A stretch of DNA of 47,275 nucleotides from Patescibacteria group bacterium (GCA_029260935.1 JAJDCJ010000006.1:1-47275); one strand, 5' to 3'. Positions 1 to 10,086 are shown, counted from the stretch's first letter. The notes: a model not told the origin generated them from the letters alone. Made by a program: numbers and translations.

Positions 1-625
1 GTTTGTACGATACTGGTTGCATCATGAGTTTGCTCAGATTGATTCAAAACGTATTGGAAAATCAGAAGGTAATGCCATTACGCTTAAGCAATTAGCAGAC
101 AAGGGCATTGCACCAATTTCATATCGTTACTGGCTTTTGACTGGACAGTATCGCCACACGATGAACTTTACCTGGGAGGCAGTTGAGGCGGCCCAAGTTG
201 CGCTCCAGCGTGGATGGAGGATATTTAATGACCTCCAAGGTTCAGGAAAGCCAAATACAAAATATCTGGCACACTTTGAAAAAGTGCTTTATGACGACTT
301 CAATACACCACAGGCCATTGCAGTGTTGTGGGATTTGCTCAAAGATGATTCAGTTTCTCCTGGGGATAAAAAGGAAACGATACTCATTTTTGATACAGTA
401 TTGGGTGTCGGTTTCAATGGCGCTTTTTCCAGGAGGGAAAAATTATCACTTCCTGTTGTGACAGAGAAGGATATCCCTGAGGATATCGTGCAACACGTGG
501 AGGCAAGAGAGCTGGCGCGTCGTGAAAAAGACTTTCATAAAGCAGATGAAATTCGTGATTCTCTGAAAAAACAGGGGTATACCATTGAGGACGGCCCCGA
601 AGGACCTGTGGTTAAACATACCTAG
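1..625 (+). CDS. cysS: Cysteine--tRNA ligase, C-terminal part (5' end outside window)
   Basis: KMSKS-like RIGKSEGN, YRYWLLTGQYR, DDFNTPQA, and C-terminal ARREKDFHKADEIRD anticodon-binding helix. Confidence 0.93.
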   Translation, partial: FVRYWLHHEFAQIDSKRIGKSEGNAITLKQLADKGIAPISYRYWLLTGQYRHTMNFTWEAVEAAQVALQRGWRIFNDLQGSGKPNTKYLAHFEKVLYDDFNTPQAIAVLWDLLKDDSVSPGDKKETILIFDTVLGVGFNGAFSRREKLSLPVVTEKDIPEDIVQHVEARELARREKDFHKADEIRDSLKKQGYTIEDGPEGPVVKHT

Positions 626-681
626 TGAGGAGTGCTTTCAAATGGTACCCTAAAGAAGTTAGTGTTATCGCTATTAATTAT

Positions 682-1227
682 ATGAATTCACAAAAAAATA
701 CAACTATTGCTATGATTCTTGCTATTGTCGTTATTATACTTTTTCTTTCCTTAGGATTTTTTGGGCTTCGTAGTATATCCTCAACCTCACCGGACGTTGT
801 AAACGGAGGCACTACCGACGGACAACCCACTGACGGGCAGGCCCAACAAGGTCCTTCTGATATCTTGAATGAGATTTCATCAACGGGTACCGTTGCCGAC
901 TTGAGAATATTTGATGTTATTGAGGGGGATGGACAGGAAGCAAAGGTAGGGGACACTATTGTTGTTCACTATACCGGTATACTTCCTGATGGAACTGTAT
1001 TTGATTCGTCTCGCGACCGAGGTCAACCTTTCTCGTTTCAGTTAGGTGGCGGTCAAGTAATCCAAGGATGGGAACAAGGTTTTACTAATATGAAAATTGG
1101 CGGAAGAAGGATTCTTGCCATTCCTCCGCAGTTTGGCTACGGCACTCGCTCTGTAGGGTCAATTCCTGCAAACGCGACACTTCTGTTTGATGTTGAGTTG
1201 CTGGACATTGTCCCGTCTCAACAATAA
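682..1227 (+). CDS. FKBP-type peptidyl-prolyl isomerase with N-terminal membrane anchor
   Basis: VHYTG, FDSS, VIQGW, IPPQFGYG, IPANATLLFDVELL motifs; hydrophobic N-terminus; ATG 682 preferred over GTG 625. Confidence 0.92.
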   Translation: MNSQKNTTIAMILAIVVIILFLSLGFFGLRSISSTSPDVVNGGTTDGQPTDGQAQQGPSDILNEISSTGTVADLRIFDVIEGDGQEAKVGDTIVVHYTGILPDGTVFDSSRDRGQPFSFQLGGGQVIQGWEQGFTNMKIGGRRILAIPPQFGYGTRSVGSIPANATLLFDVELLDIVPSQQ

Positions 1228-1249
1228 AAGAACAGCCATCACTTTTTTG

Positions 1250-1279
1250 AAAAAGCCACTTTTCTTACAGTGGCTTTTT
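1250..1279 (+). terminator. Intrinsic terminator-like hairpin
   Basis: AAAAAGCCACT-N8-AGTGGCTTTTT just downstream of the FKBP stop. Confidence 0.6.
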
Positions 1280-1335
1280 GTTTCCTCTTTAAAACCTGTT
1301 TTTTTTCGCGTATGCTCAAGGAATAGTAACGGTAT

Positions 1336-2574
1336 ATGAACCCCCTCACTTTTACTATAGAAAAAGAATTTCCGAACGGTGCACGTGTCGGGAATATACA
1401 GACACCGCATGGGTCTTTTGAAACTCCTGCTTTTTGTACTGTGGGAACCAAAGGAACAGTAAAAGCGGTTTCTGTTGAACAACTACAGACATTGGCAAAA
1501 ACACAGGTGGTACTGGCAAATACATACCATTTATTTTTACAGCCGGGTGAAGGTATTGTGTCTAACGCCGGAGGACTCCACCAGTTTATGAATTGGCATG
1601 GGCCTTTAATCACTGACTCTGGTGGTTTTCAAGTATTTTCACTTGGCGCAGGATTTGGCAAGGACATTTCAAAATTTACTACTTCCCGGCCATCAAAAAA
1701 TATCTTGACGTCGGACGTCAAGACGGCACCGGCGGTATTTGATGAAAGTGTTTTAACGCAACACAGCAAGCTTGCCATCGTTGACGAGGAAGGTGTTTCT
1801 TTTACGTCGCATATTGACGGTACGTTGTATCGTTTTACCCCAGAGAGAAGCGTTGAAATACAGCATGCACTCGGCGCTGATATTTTCTTTGCGTTTGATG
1901 AGTGCACAAGCCCAGAGGACAGTAATTCTTATCAAGAAAAAGCAGGTAATAGAACACATCGTTGGGCTGAACGTTCTCTTAATACTCATCAAAATAATGT
2001 AGCCGCACGTAAAAATCAGGCGCTTTTTGGTGTGGTGCAGGGTGGCCGCGACCCAAAGTTGCGTGCGTGGAGTGCGGGAATAATTGGCGCTATGGATTTT
2101 GACGGGTTTGGTATCGGTGGGTCTTTTTCAAAGAAAGATTTAGGTGAAGCACTCACAGCAGGTATTGACCCTTTGCCTAAAGATAAGCCGCGGCACTTGC
2201 TTGGCATTGGTGAGCCAGAAGACATACTTCTTGGAGTGTCACATGGAATTGATATGTTTGATTGTGTACAGCCAACACGTATGGCACGTACGGGGACTCT
2301 CTATACCAAACGAGGTAAAATAAACTTATTGCGCAGAGAGTATATTCGCGATTTTACGCCACTTGATAAAGAGACTGGCGGGTATTCATCTGACAAGTAT
2401 ACTAAGGCATATCTCGCGCATCTATTTCGAGCAAAGGAAATGTTGGCAGCCACCATTGCGTCAATACACAACCTTTATTTTATAGAATCTCTTATGAGCG
2501 ATATCCGAGAGTCTATACGCGACAATCGTTTCAATGATTTTCGTACTGATTTCTTGCAAAAATATCAGCAGTAA
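1336..2574 (+). CDS. tgt: tRNA-guanine transglycosylase
   Basis: ANTYHL, TDSGGFQVFSL, FDEC, GVVQGG, DMFDCV motifs. Confidence 0.96.
   Translation: MNPLTFTIEKEFPNGARVGNIQTPHGSFETPAFCTVGTKGTVKAVSVEQLQTLAKTQVVLANTYHLFLQPGEGIVSNAGGLHQFMNWHGPLITDSGGFQVFSLGAGFGKDISKFTTSRPSKNILTSDVKTAPAVFDESVLTQHSKLAIVDEEGVSFTSHIDGTLYRFTPERSVEIQHALGADIFFAFDECTSPEDSNSYQEKAGNRTHRWAERSLNTHQNNVAARKNQALFGVVQGGRDPKLRAWSAGIIGAMDFDGFGIGGSFSKKDLGEALTAGIDPLPKDKPRHLLGIGEPEDILLGVSHGIDMFDCVQPTRMARTGTLYTKRGKINLLRREYIRDFTPLDKETGGYSSDKYTKAYLAHLFRAKEMLAATIASIHNLYFIESLMSDIRESIRDNRFNDFRTDFLQKYQQ
1703..1723. repeat. Palindrome family A, copy inside tgt
   Basis: TCTTGACGTC-G-GACGTCAAGA, perfect 10-bp arms; exact reverse complement of 6002-6022. 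Confidence 0.9.
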
Positions 2575-2588
2575 GGTATTACTGGCTT

Positions 2589-2750
2589 ATGGAAAAGCTA
2601 CTTCATTGCAGAGGAGGTGAGAGGGTAAAGGGCGATATGTGCGAGAGATGTGGTGGAACAGGGAAGAAAATCATTAAACTCAGCTCTATTAAGATAACAA
2701 TGCAGTGTGATGCCTGTAAAGGAAGCGGATATATTTTTCCAAAGTCATAA
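2589..2750 (+). CDS. 53-aa DnaJ-type zinc-finger microprotein (not in ORF track)
   Basis: Manual translation MEKLLHCRGGERVKGDMCERCGGTGKKIIKLSSIKITMQCDACKGSGYIFPKS; two CxxCxGxG motifs; fills the tgt-uvrB gap. Confidence 0.75.
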   Translation: MEKLLHCRGGERVKGDMCERCGGTGKKIIKLSSIKITMQCDACKGSGYIFPKS

Positions 2751-2752
2751 AT

Positions 2753-2761
2753 TGCTATAAT
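2753..2761 (+). promoter_or_regulatory. Extended -10 promoter, probably leaderless, for uvrB
   Basis: TG-C-TATAAT ending 6 nt before ATG 2768. Confidence 0.6.
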
Positions 2762-2767
2762 TTGTAG

Positions 2768-4822
2768 ATGGATACATTCACACTCCATTCTGAATACGCT
2801 CCTGCGGGTGACCAGCCGGAGGCTATTAAAGCCCTTCTCAAGGGTATGAAAAGAGGTGACAGACACCAGACGCTTTTGGGTGTGACCGGTTCAGGGAAGA
2901 CATTTACCGCAGCTAATATTATACAAAAGGTTCAGAAACCAACGTTAGTAATAGCTCACAACAAGACGCTCGCAGCGCAACTTACTCAGGAGTATAGAGA
3001 GTTTTTCCCGCATAATGCGGTGCATTACTTTGTGTCCTATTACGACTACTACCAGCCAGAGGCGTATGTGCCACACTCGGACACCTATATAGAAAAGGAA
3101 ACAAAGATTAACGCGGAAATTGACCGCTTGCGTCACGCATCAACACAGGCGCTATTAACGCGCAAGGATGTAATAATTGTGGCGACGGTCTCTTGTATTT
3201 ACGGTTTAGGATCTCCAGAGGAATACGAGAAAGTGCACAGGAAAATTGCTGTCGGTGATATGTTTGAGCGCGCTGAGTTTATTCGTTTTTTAGTTAACCT
3301 CAGATTTGAAAGAACGAACGCTGACTTAACACCCGGTACATTTCGCGCAGTAGGACCAGTGATTGAAGTTATGCCTGTTAATGAAACAGTGGTGTATAGA
3401 ATAGTACCCCGTGAATCCACCATAGCGTCAATTACTAGAATTGACGCAGTAACACGCGCAGTTATAAACCCAGTTGATGTGTTTTATCTTTTTCCCGCAA
3501 AACACTATGTGACGCCAGAGGGTGAGCGGGAAGCTGCGCTTAAAGATATTGAAAGTGAACTCAAAAAAAGACTAAAAGAATTAAAGAGTGAGGGTAAAAT
3601 TCTTGAGGAAGATAGATTAAAGCGTAGAACAAAATACGACGTGGCCCTCATTCGCGAAATTGGGTACACCAATGGCATTGAGAACTATTCTCGGCATTTT
3701 GACAGAAGAAAACCAGGGGAGCCACCGTTTACTCTACTTTCCTATTTTCCTCATACAAAAGACGGAAGTCCTGATTTTTTGACGATTATTGATGAATCAC
3801 ATGTTACCGTCCCACAGCTTTCGGCTATGTATGCAGGGGATCAGGCGCGAAAGAAAAACCTTATTGATTTTGGATTTCGTCTACCGTCAGCTGCTGATAA
3901 TCGCCCTTTGAAGTTTAGTGAGATTGAAGAGCGCCTTGGGCAGACCATGTATACCAGTGCAACACCCGGCACGTATGAGTTGGAACACTCAACACAAGTA
4001 GTTGAGCAGATTATCCGGCCTACTGGATTGATTGATCCGGAAATTATTATACGAAAAGTAACGGGCGATGATACCTATACGGGACAAGTAAAAGACTTTA
4101 TTAAAGAAACCGAGAAAGTGGTTAAAGGTGGTGGGCGTGTCTTGGTTACTACGCTCACTAAAAAAATGGCAGAAGACCTTGCAGAATTTCTTAAAAGTAA
4201 GGGAGTGAAGGCAGAGTATATTCACTCGGATGTTAAAACGATTGACCGTATTACCATCCTCACACAATTTAGAAGAGGGGAGTTTGACTGCTTGGTGGGA
4301 GTGAACTTACTTCGTGAAGGACTAGACTTGCCTGAAGTTGAACTCGTGGGCATACTGGACGCTGACAAAGAAGGGTTCTTAAGGAGCGAAACGTCGCTCA
4401 TTCAAACTATGGGGCGCGCTGCGCGTAACGTAAACGGGCGTGTCATTTTGTATGCCGACCGCATGACGGGATCTTTGGAGCGGGCAATTTCAGAAACGGA
4501 TCGTCGCCGAGAAATTCAAATGGCGTACAATAAAAAACACAACATAACACCGACGTCTATTAAGAAAAGTATAAAAGATATCACGGACTCTTTGAAAGAA
4601 GACCGCGACCGGGCAACAGCCATGGCACTTGCCGTTGACTTGGCAATAATTGAAAAGCCAAAGGAGTTGCGGAAACTCATTAAAGCTCGTAAGGATCAGA
4701 TGGAAGAGGCGGTGAAGGAGCTTGATTTTGAGACTGCGGCATTGCTACGAGATGAATTATATAAACTAGAAGAGAAATTACCGCACACAAAAACTCAGAA
4801 ACCTAAAAAAACTAGGAAATAA
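2768..4822 (+). CDS. uvrB: Excinuclease ABC subunit B
   Basis: GVTGSGKT, YYDYYQPEAY, DESH, GRAARN, C-terminal UVR coil. Confidence 0.98.
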   Translation: MDTFTLHSEYAPAGDQPEAIKALLKGMKRGDRHQTLLGVTGSGKTFTAANIIQKVQKPTLVIAHNKTLAAQLTQEYREFFPHNAVHYFVSYYDYYQPEAYVPHSDTYIEKETKINAEIDRLRHASTQALLTRKDVIIVATVSCIYGLGSPEEYEKVHRKIAVGDMFERAEFIRFLVNLRFERTNADLTPGTFRAVGPVIEVMPVNETVVYRIVPRESTIASITRIDAVTRAVINPVDVFYLFPAKHYVTPEGEREAALKDIESELKKRLKELKSEGKILEEDRLKRRTKYDVALIREIGYTNGIENYSRHFDRRKPGEPPFTLLSYFPHTKDGSPDFLTIIDESHVTVPQLSAMYAGDQARKKNLIDFGFRLPSAADNRPLKFSEIEERLGQTMYTSATPGTYELEHSTQVVEQIIRPTGLIDPEIIIRKVTGDDTYTGQVKDFIKETEKVVKGGGRVLVTTLTKKMAEDLAEFLKSKGVKAEYIHSDVKTIDRITILTQFRRGEFDCLVGVNLLREGLDLPEVELVGILDADKEGFLRSETSLIQTMGRAARNVNGRVILYADRMTGSLERAISETDRRREIQMAYNKKHNITPTSIKKSIKDITDSLKEDRDRATAMALAVDLAIIEKPKELRKLIKARKDQMEEAVKELDFETAALLRDELYKLEEKLPHTKTQKPKKTRK

Positions 4823-4827
4823 AACCC

Positions 4828-4855
4828 CACCTACTATGATTAATCATAGTAGGTG
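4828..4855. repeat. 28-bp perfect intergenic palindrome
   Basis: CACCTACTATGATT|AATCATAGTAGGTG with no loop and no U-tract. Confidence 0.85.
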
Positions 4856-4946
4856 AGAGTGTTTCTTTGGTAGATGAGTGGGTGTGCGGTATACTGTTTG
4901 GGTACACATACATGGTGCGCCGAGAGCGCGCTTATTTTGGTGTTAT

Positions 4947-7589
4947 ATGACAAAAAAGAAAAAAGATATAAAGGATATTGATGAGTCACCAGACTTGGGG
5001 AGTGAAAAAATCACCATTCGTGGCGCTAAAACGCACAACCTGAAGAATGTTTCGCTTGAAATACCACGGAACAAAATGGTGGTTTTTACTGGTTTGTCAG
5101 GATCAGGGAAATCTTCCCTTGCCTTTGACACTATTTTTGCCGAAGGCCAGCGCCGGTACGTGGAGTCGCTTTCCGCATACGCGCGACAGTTTTTAAATCA
5201 AATGCAGAAGCCGGACGTTGAGGAAATTACTGGCCTTTCGCCGGCTATTTCTATTGATCAGAAAAGTCGCTCTAATAACCCACGCTCAACCGTTGCCACC
5301 ATTACTGAAATTTATGACTACCTGCGTATTTTATATGCTCGTATTGGACAGCCCTACTGTTTAGACGACGACGTGCCGATTGAAAAACTCTCAAAGGAAG
5401 AGATTTTGAAAATTATTGTTAAATCAATTAAAGATACTGACTTGAAAAAAAATACTAAGAAAGTAAAAGGGGTTTCCTATACTGATGCAAAGGTAGGTAT
5501 TTTAAGTCCTATAGTGTTTGGTCGCAAAGGCGAATACTACCAACTACTCTATGACAAGTTAGGGAAAGGGTATGAACGCGTAGTGGTTGATGGCAAAGAG
5601 CATTCACTTCGCGAGCGTATCCAACTTGATAAAAATAAACGCCACGATATTGATATTTTAGTTGATGAGATTTTTATTAGTGAGTTTGAAACAAATAAGG
5701 CAGATGCGCATGAACGTCTGAGTGAGGCGATTGAAAGCGCGCTTCAAGAGTCAGATGGTTTGATAAAAATAAAAAGCCCGAACGGAGAGACACGACTTCT
5801 TTCGGCTAAGTTTATTTGCCCGAGCGACGGTTCGTCATTTCCTGAAGTTGAGCCACGACTGTTTTCGTTCAATAGCCCGTACGGAGCGTGTCCTGAGTGT
5901 AATGGACTTGGAACTGTAGGGTTCTTTAATCTTGATGAGTGTTCGGTATGTGAAGGAAAGCGCCTGAGGCCTGAGGCACTGCGTGTATTTTTGGGTGGAA
6001 ATCTTGACGTCCGACGTCAAGATTTGGGGAAGAATATTGTTGAGCTTACCAGTATGTCAATTGCTGATGCTCAAGATTTTATCCTCGGGCTGAAGCTTAC
6101 GAAGAAACAGCAAGAAATTTCAGACTCAATTCTCAGAGAAGTTCTCAACCGTCTTCAGTTTATGCTTGACGTGGGTATCGGCTACTTAACACTTAACCGA
6201 ACGGCGAACACTCTTTCAGGCGGCGAGGCACAGCGTATTCGCCTTGCAAGTCAGTTGGGTAGTGGGCTTGTGGGGGCTTTGTATGTATTGGACGAGCCGA
6301 CTATCGGGTTACATCAAAAAGATAATGCGCGTCTTATTCAGACACTTACCTCGCTCCGTGACCTCGGCAACACCATTATTGTGGTGGAACACGATGAAGA
6401 AACCATTTTCTCCTCTGACTTTATTGTTGATATCGGTCCAGGAGCCGGCGTGCACGGTGGTGATATTGTGGTGGCTGGTTGGCTTGATAAATTGCTTAGT
6501 GCAAAGATGAATAATTCTGGTTCAAAAACACTTTCTTATTTGCGCGGTGAAGAAGAAATTGAAATACCAGAGGAGCGCCGTACGAAACAGTTAGGTGAAT
6601 TAAAGGTGCGTGGTGGTGAAATATTTAACATTAAAAAAATGGATGTAGATATTCCGCTGGGGCAGTTTATTTCTATAACAGGTGTTTCAGGAAGCGGTAA
6701 ATCTTCTTTCGTATATGAGATTTTAAATAAAAACTTACGCGCCAAACTTGAGCGACGCTACCGTACGGCAAAAACCTACAATGTAAAAAGTTTTACTGGA
6801 GCGGAATACCTTTCGCGCATTGTGCTAATTGATCAGAGTGCTATTGGCCGTACTCCTCGCTCTAACCCAGCAACATATACGGGGGCGTTCACGCACATTC
6901 GTGATTTGTTTGCCGCTACCCCTGAGGCACGTGCACGTGGGTGGAAGCCAGGACGTTTTTCTTTTAACGTAAAAGGCGGACGGTGTGAGGCATGTCAGGG
7001 TAATGGTGTGCAGGCAGTTGAAATGCACTTTTTGCCGACAGTGTATGTAACGTGTGATGTATGTAACGGTGATCGGTTCATGAAAGAAACATTAGAGATT
7101 TTGTATAAAAAGAAAAACATTCACGATATTTTAACGATGACCGTTGAGGAGGCACTTGAGTTCTTTATGGACATTCCGGCGATTGCCGATCGTCTCCAGA
7201 GCTTGTTTGATGTGGGGCTTGGGTATTTGGAGTTGGGGCAAAGCGCGACCACTCTTTCAGGTGGGGAGGCACAGCGGGTGAAAATATCTTCAGAGCTCTA
7301 TAGACGTCACACTGAAAAAACGATATATCTTCTTGATGAACCAACGATTGGACTGCATTACGAGGATGTTAAGAAGTTAATTGAAATTCTCCAGTCGCTG
7401 GTACATAAAGGGAATACGGTGGTGGTTATTGAGCATAATATGGACCTTATTAAATCATCAGACCATATAATAGATATTGGACCTGAAGGGGGTGTTGGTG
7501 GTGGAAAGATTATAGCTCGCGGTACCCCTGAGGAGGTAGCACGCACTAAGGGTTCGTATACGGGAGAATATCTCAAAAAGATACTTTAG
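4947..7589 (+). CDS. uvrA: Excinuclease ABC subunit A
   Basis: Two ABC ATPase modules (GLSGSGKS and [16 protein letters not shown] twice), zinc-finger motifs; ATG 4947 preferred. Confidence 0.98.
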   Translation: MTKKKKDIKDIDESPDLGSEKITIRGAKTHNLKNVSLEIPRNKMVVFTGLSGSGKSSLAFDTIFAEGQRRYVESLSAYARQFLNQMQKPDVEEITGLSPAISIDQKSRSNNPRSTVATITEIYDYLRILYARIGQPYCLDDDVPIEKLSKEEILKIIVKSIKDTDLKKNTKKVKGVSYTDAKVGILSPIVFGRKGEYYQLLYDKLGKGYERVVVDGKEHSLRERIQLDKNKRHDIDILVDEIFISEFETNKADAHERLSEAIESALQESDGLIKIKSPNGETRLLSAKFICPSDGSSFPEVEPRLFSFNSPYGACPECNGLGTVGFFNLDECSVCEGKRLRPEALRVFLGGNLDVRRQDLGKNIVELTSMSIADAQDFILGLKLTKKQQEISDSILREVLNRLQFMLDVGIGYLTLNRTANTLSGGEAQRIRLASQLGSGLVGALYVLDEPTIGLHQKDNARLIQTLTSLRDLGNTIIVVEHDEETIFSSDFIVDIGPGAGVHGGDIVVAGWLDKLLSAKMNNSGSKTLSYLRGEEEIEIPEERRTKQLGELKVRGGEIFNIKKMDVDIPLGQFISITGVSGSGKSSFVYEILNKNLRAKLERRYRTAKTYNVKSFTGAEYLSRIVLIDQSAIGRTPRSNPATYTGAFTHIRDLFAATPEARARGWKPGRFSFNVKGGRCEACQGNGVQAVEMHFLPTVYVTCDVCNGDRFMKETLEILYKKKNIHDILTMTVEEALEFFMDIPAIADRLQSLFDVGLGYLELGQSATTLSGGEAQRVKISSELYRRHTEKTIYLLDEPTIGLHYEDVKKLIEILQSLVHKGNTVVVIEHNMDLIKSSDHIIDIGPEGGVGGGKIIARGTPEEVARTKGSYTGEYLKKIL
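5999..6025. repeat. Palindrome family A, in-frame copy inside uvrA
   Basis: AAATCTTGACGTC-C-GACGTCAAGATTT, 13-bp arms, 27 nt, encodes most of NLDVRRQDL. Confidence 0.9.
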
Positions 7590-7616
7590 TTTCTCCTCAC
7601 ACTTCAATCAAAATGC

Positions 7617-7651
7617 CCCCCATTACGGATGTCAGACATCCGTAATGGGGG
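7617..7651. repeat. Palindrome family B, intergenic copy (uvrA-uvrC)
   Basis: CCCCCATTACGGATGTC-A-GACATCCGTAATGGGGG, 17-bp perfect arms. Confidence 0.9.
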
Positions 7652-7710
7652 AAAGGATCATACACCGGAGGATATTCTAAGAAGGTGTTTTGATATAATG
7701 AGTTTTTAAA

Positions 7711-8940
7711 ATGAAAAAAGAAAACGTTGATTTTAAAAAATTACCAGATGCGCCAGGGGTGTACATTTTTCGTGGACCTAAAAAAGAAGTGTTGTATGTA
7801 GGCAAAGCAACTTCGCTGCGTGATCGTACCAAAAGTTATTTTGCACGTGACATTGCCGAGATACGAAGCCCTCTTATTGAAAAAATTGTCAGCGATGCGA
7901 TTGCTCTTGAAGTTGAGGAAACTGACTCGGTGTTAGAAGCTCTTATTTTAGAGGCGCACTATATTAAAAAATATGAACCAGTTGGCAATACTGACAATAA
8001 AGATAATAAAAGCTGGAACTATGTCGTTATTACCAACGAACAATTTCCGCGAGTGTTGATAGTTCGTGAACGTGAGCTTAGTAGTACGTTCTCAGAAAAG
8101 ACCGTCGCACAATTGTTTGGGCCATTTCCTTCTGCGGGAGTATTACGAGAGGCGTTAAAAATTATTCGAAAAATCTTTCCGTTTTTTGATACGAAATTTT
8201 CACTTTCGGGCGACTATTCATCCTCTCAAGAAAAAACTATACTTTTCAATCAATCAATCGGACTGTACCCGCGTGAGTTTGATGAGAGGGAGTATAAAAA
8301 AACTATTCGAGCGATTGTTGATATTTTTTCTGCAAAGAAGGTTACCTTGATACAGCGACTCAGTAGGGAAATGAACGCACACGCCAAGAAAAGAGAGTTT
8401 GAAGAGGCAGGGATTCTAAAAAAGAAAATTTTTGCACTCCAGCACATTCAAGACATTACTCTTATTAAAGACGACTTACGTACACCGACAACAGCTGATT
8501 TCCGTGTTGAAGGATATGATGTTGCACATATAAGTGGAGCTTCGCCTCGTGGGGTCATGACCGTTGTTGTAAATGGAGAACGTGTGCAAGACGAATATCG
8601 CTTGTTTACTATTCGTCATGCCACAGCAGGCGATGACTATGCGGCGCTTGATGAAGTACTGACGCGTCGCGCAAAGCACCGAGAGTGGGCGTACCCGCAA
8701 CTGGTTGTTATTGATGGCGGTAAGGGGCATTTAAATCGCGCAAAAAAAACGCTAAAAGACGCTGGTGTAATGGCAGAAGTAGTTTCAGTGGTAAAAGACG
8801 AGAAACATCGGCCACGTGAGGTTTTAGGAAAAAGCGCTACAGCACTCACCCATGAACGAGATATTCTTTTGGCAAACAGTGAAGCACACCGTTTTGCAAT
8901 TACCAAACACCGCAGTGCACTTAGAAAGAAAGGGTACTAA
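7711..8940 (+). CDS. uvrC: Excinuclease ABC subunit C, short form
   Basis: GIY-YIG start (PGVYIF...YVGKATSLR), UVR coil, RNase H-like domain (VEGYDVAH, VIDGGKG, EAHRFA). Confidence 0.93.
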   Translation: MKKENVDFKKLPDAPGVYIFRGPKKEVLYVGKATSLRDRTKSYFARDIAEIRSPLIEKIVSDAIALEVEETDSVLEALILEAHYIKKYEPVGNTDNKDNKSWNYVVITNEQFPRVLIVRERELSSTFSEKTVAQLFGPFPSAGVLREALKIIRKIFPFFDTKFSLSGDYSSSQEKTILFNQSIGLYPREFDEREYKKTIRAIVDIFSAKKVTLIQRLSREMNAHAKKREFEEAGILKKKIFALQHIQDITLIKDDLRTPTTADFRVEGYDVAHISGASPRGVMTVVVNGERVQDEYRLFTIRHATAGDDYAALDEVLTRRAKHREWAYPQLVVIDGGKGHLNRAKKTLKDAGVMAEVVSVVKDEKHRPREVLGKSATALTHERDILLANSEAHRFAITKHRSALRKKGY

Positions 8941-8985
8941 TTTTTTTACTCACTAAAGCCCTGCATATAGTATGATAAGTACTAT

Positions 8986-9972
8986 ATGGCGCGTAAAACA
9001 GTTGCAGTATTGCGAGGAGGAAGCGGACTTGATCATTTAGTTTCTGTAAAAACGGGAGCACAGATCTTACAGGCGCTTTCTGGCGACCTTACGGAAAAGT
9101 ATAGAGCAGTTGATGTTTTTATTGATAAAGGCGGTGTATGGCATGTGCGCGGTGTGCCTACTACTCCCGAAAAGGTCTTAAACACTACTGATGTGGTGTG
9201 GAATGGTTTGCGTGGTGAGTATGGCGAAGATGGCACAGTGCAGAGAACGTTAGACCGGTTTGGCACTGCCTATACCGGTAGTCGTGCGTATCCGTCTTCT
9301 GTTGCAATAAATAAAGAGCTTACTAAAGCACTCTTAAAAAAAGAAGGATTACGAGTTCCTCATTCGGCACTCCTTGAAGTGAACGATGTTCTTGAGAAAG
9401 ATATTCTTACTTTGTTTAGATCTTTTCCTCAGCCGTCAGTTATTAAACCAATAAACAAATCGTCTTCAATTGGAGTGTCCGTTGCCAATAATTTTTTTGA
9501 GTTTAAGGAAGGAATAAAGGAGGCATTCCAACACGCCTCTACTGTGTTAGTTGAGGAGTACATCAAGGGGCGGGAGGCAACGTGTGGGGTGGTGGACGCA
9601 CTGCGCGGTGAAGATGTATACCAACTGCCGCCACTTGAGATTATTATTCCTAATCGGACTGCTGAAAACCAGATTTTTAGTTACCAGGATAAATACAGCG
9701 ATGTGGAGACTGAACGTTCACCAGGGCATTTTACTAAACAAGAATCCAAAGACCTTCAAGAAGGAGCAGCTACGGCACATAGGGCGTTGGGTTTGCGTCA
9801 CTATTCCAAGAGTGATTTTATTGTGACCCCGAAAGGGATTTATTTTTTAGAGACAAATACGTTGCCGGGACTTTCAGAGCAGTCACGTTTCCCAAAGGCG
9901 CTCGGCGCAGTGGGTGTGAGTAATGCTGAGTTTATAGACCACATTATTACACTTGCACTGCTAGGGAGGTAG
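8986..9972 (+). CDS. ddl: D-alanine--D-alanine ligase family ATP-grasp enzyme (divergent active site)
   Basis: GEYGEDG, SSIGV, VEEYIKGRE, DKY, LETNTLPG. Confidence 0.85.
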   Translation: MARKTVAVLRGGSGLDHLVSVKTGAQILQALSGDLTEKYRAVDVFIDKGGVWHVRGVPTTPEKVLNTTDVVWNGLRGEYGEDGTVQRTLDRFGTAYTGSRAYPSSVAINKELTKALLKKEGLRVPHSALLEVNDVLEKDILTLFRSFPQPSVIKPINKSSSIGVSVANNFFEFKEGIKEAFQHASTVLVEEYIKGREATCGVVDALRGEDVYQLPPLEIIIPNRTAENQIFSYQDKYSDVETERSPGHFTKQESKDLQEGAATAHRALGLRHYSKSDFIVTPKGIYFLETNTLPGLSEQSRFPKALGAVGVSNAEFIDHIITLALLGR

Positions 9973-10086
9973 GGTATAATCGTTTGGACTGAAGAAAGGG
10001 CTTGGTTATGGGCCTGTAAGCAAAGCTTGCATGCCCGTCACTCGAAGATAATGTAAAAGATTACTTTTCCGTTATCCTTCTTGCTA

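Noticed and set aside
3757-3780. ACGGAAGTC half-site resembling family B inside a short uvrB insertion
   Set aside because: Only a 9-nt match with no second arm; could be chance.
4828-7651. LexA/SOS boxes at the uvr genes
   Set aside because: The palindromes match neither CTGT-N8-ACAG nor GAAC-N4-GTTC, and the 7617 element has a twin inside alaS.
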